This document shows, piece after piece, positions 33,004 through 33,269 of a stretch of 33,269 nt of DNA. The translations under genes and the position numbers were made by a program. A model generated the notes under the pieces. The model did not search any database and was not told where the DNA came from. It was given only the letters and a program-made list of their open reading frames with translations. Position 1 is the first letter of the stretch. Each line of letters opens with the position of its first letter. The DNA comes from an uncultured Pirellulales bacterium (GTDB lineage: Bacteria; Planctomycetota; Phycisphaerae; Sedimentisphaerales; Anaerobacaceae): positions 1-33,269 of the forward strand of contig CAYWUO010000002.1 in assembly GCA_964461285.1 (NCBI GenBank). The letters are read 5' to 3'.

Positions 33004-33269
33004 CTAATTGTCTTTTTTCTCAACGGCGGTGAGCTGCTCATCCTGATAAATGTACTCTTTATCAAGAATTTTATCTATAAACTCATCGCCGTTTTTTAAT
33101 CCTAGATTTCTATAAGTGAACGTCTCTTCCGAGATAGCATCATTTATGAAAATATTTTTAAAAACATCCTCATTATGGATTTTCAGGCTAAAATCACTTC
33201 TATAATAATATGTATCTTCTGTATCTCTTATAGGCACGTACACGCCATTTACTTTTTGATATTCCGTGC
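33004..33269 (-). CDS. hypothetical protein, C-terminal part only (ORF continues past the right window edge)
   Basis: The reading frame of ORF-track entry 33004..33243 stays open up to the window end (…TEYQKVNGVYVPIRDTEDTYYY…). It is visibly more AT-rich than the neighbouring genes. No family recognised. Confidence 0.45.
   Translation of the reverse strand, partial: TEYQKVNGVYVPIRDTEDTYYYRSDFSLKIHNEDVFKNIFINDAISEETFTYRNLGLKNGDEFIDKILDKEYIYQDEQLTAVEKKDN

Noticed and set aside
1-33269. CRISPR arrays, transposases/IS elements, prophage genes, retron or DGR reverse transcriptases, toxin-antitoxin pairs
   Set aside because: I scanned all ORF translations and the intergenic regions by eye. I found no regularly spaced repeats, DDE/integrase/RT motifs or typical small paired ORFs. 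This is absence of evidence only, since no profile searches were possible.

Overview
The window is a gene-dense bacterial chromosomal segment of about 30 genes. I saw no transposase, integrase, CRISPR array, rRNA or recognisable phage-defence gene.

Layout, left to right:
- 1-4200, minus strand: an envelope/regulatory cluster. It holds an ECF-type sigma factor with a small soluble partner, a glycine-zipper lipoprotein, and a 749-aa protein with a ~400-aa polybasic disordered region plus TPR repeats.
- 4179-4958: a 780-bp AT-rich non-coding region.
- 4959-9437, plus strand: an OprB-like porin, an anchored PF04392-like binding protein, a HAMP histidine kinase and a stand-alone receiver.
- 9518-9608, minus strand: tRNA-Ser(GCU).
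- 9744-14717, minus strand: two large dockerin-tagged secreted or anchored proteins. One is a DUF362-dockerin-SMP30/gluconolactonase fusion and the other is a right-handed beta-helix protein.
- 14883-31346, minus strand: a ~16-kb co-directional run with short gaps. Transcription order is three tandem SPFH/band-7 genes (the first fused to a polytopic membrane domain), a P1B heavy-metal ATPase, an ABC ATPase, a NosY-like ABC-2 permease, a 590-aa anchored unknown, then uvrD/pcrA, pgi, manC, ruvX and a small unknown.
- 31556-32518, plus strand: a second orphan ABC-2 permease, divergent from the SPFH genes.
- 32519-33003: a repeat-rich non-coding stretch, followed by an AT-rich partial ORF at the right edge.

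Most of the window looks like core genome. I cannot show that it contains a new system. The best candidates for undescribed biology are:
- the three-gene SPFH cassette and its transporter neighbourhood;
- the ABC transporter plus 590-aa unknown;
- the polybasic/TPR envelope protein;
- the DUF362-dockerin-SGL fusion;
- the structured extragenic element at 32.5-32.7 kb.

Gene content (dockerin-like tags on beta-helix proteins, DUF362, many large envelope proteins) suggests a PVC-group anaerobe, possibly Planctomycetota/Phycisphaerae-like. That is inference only.
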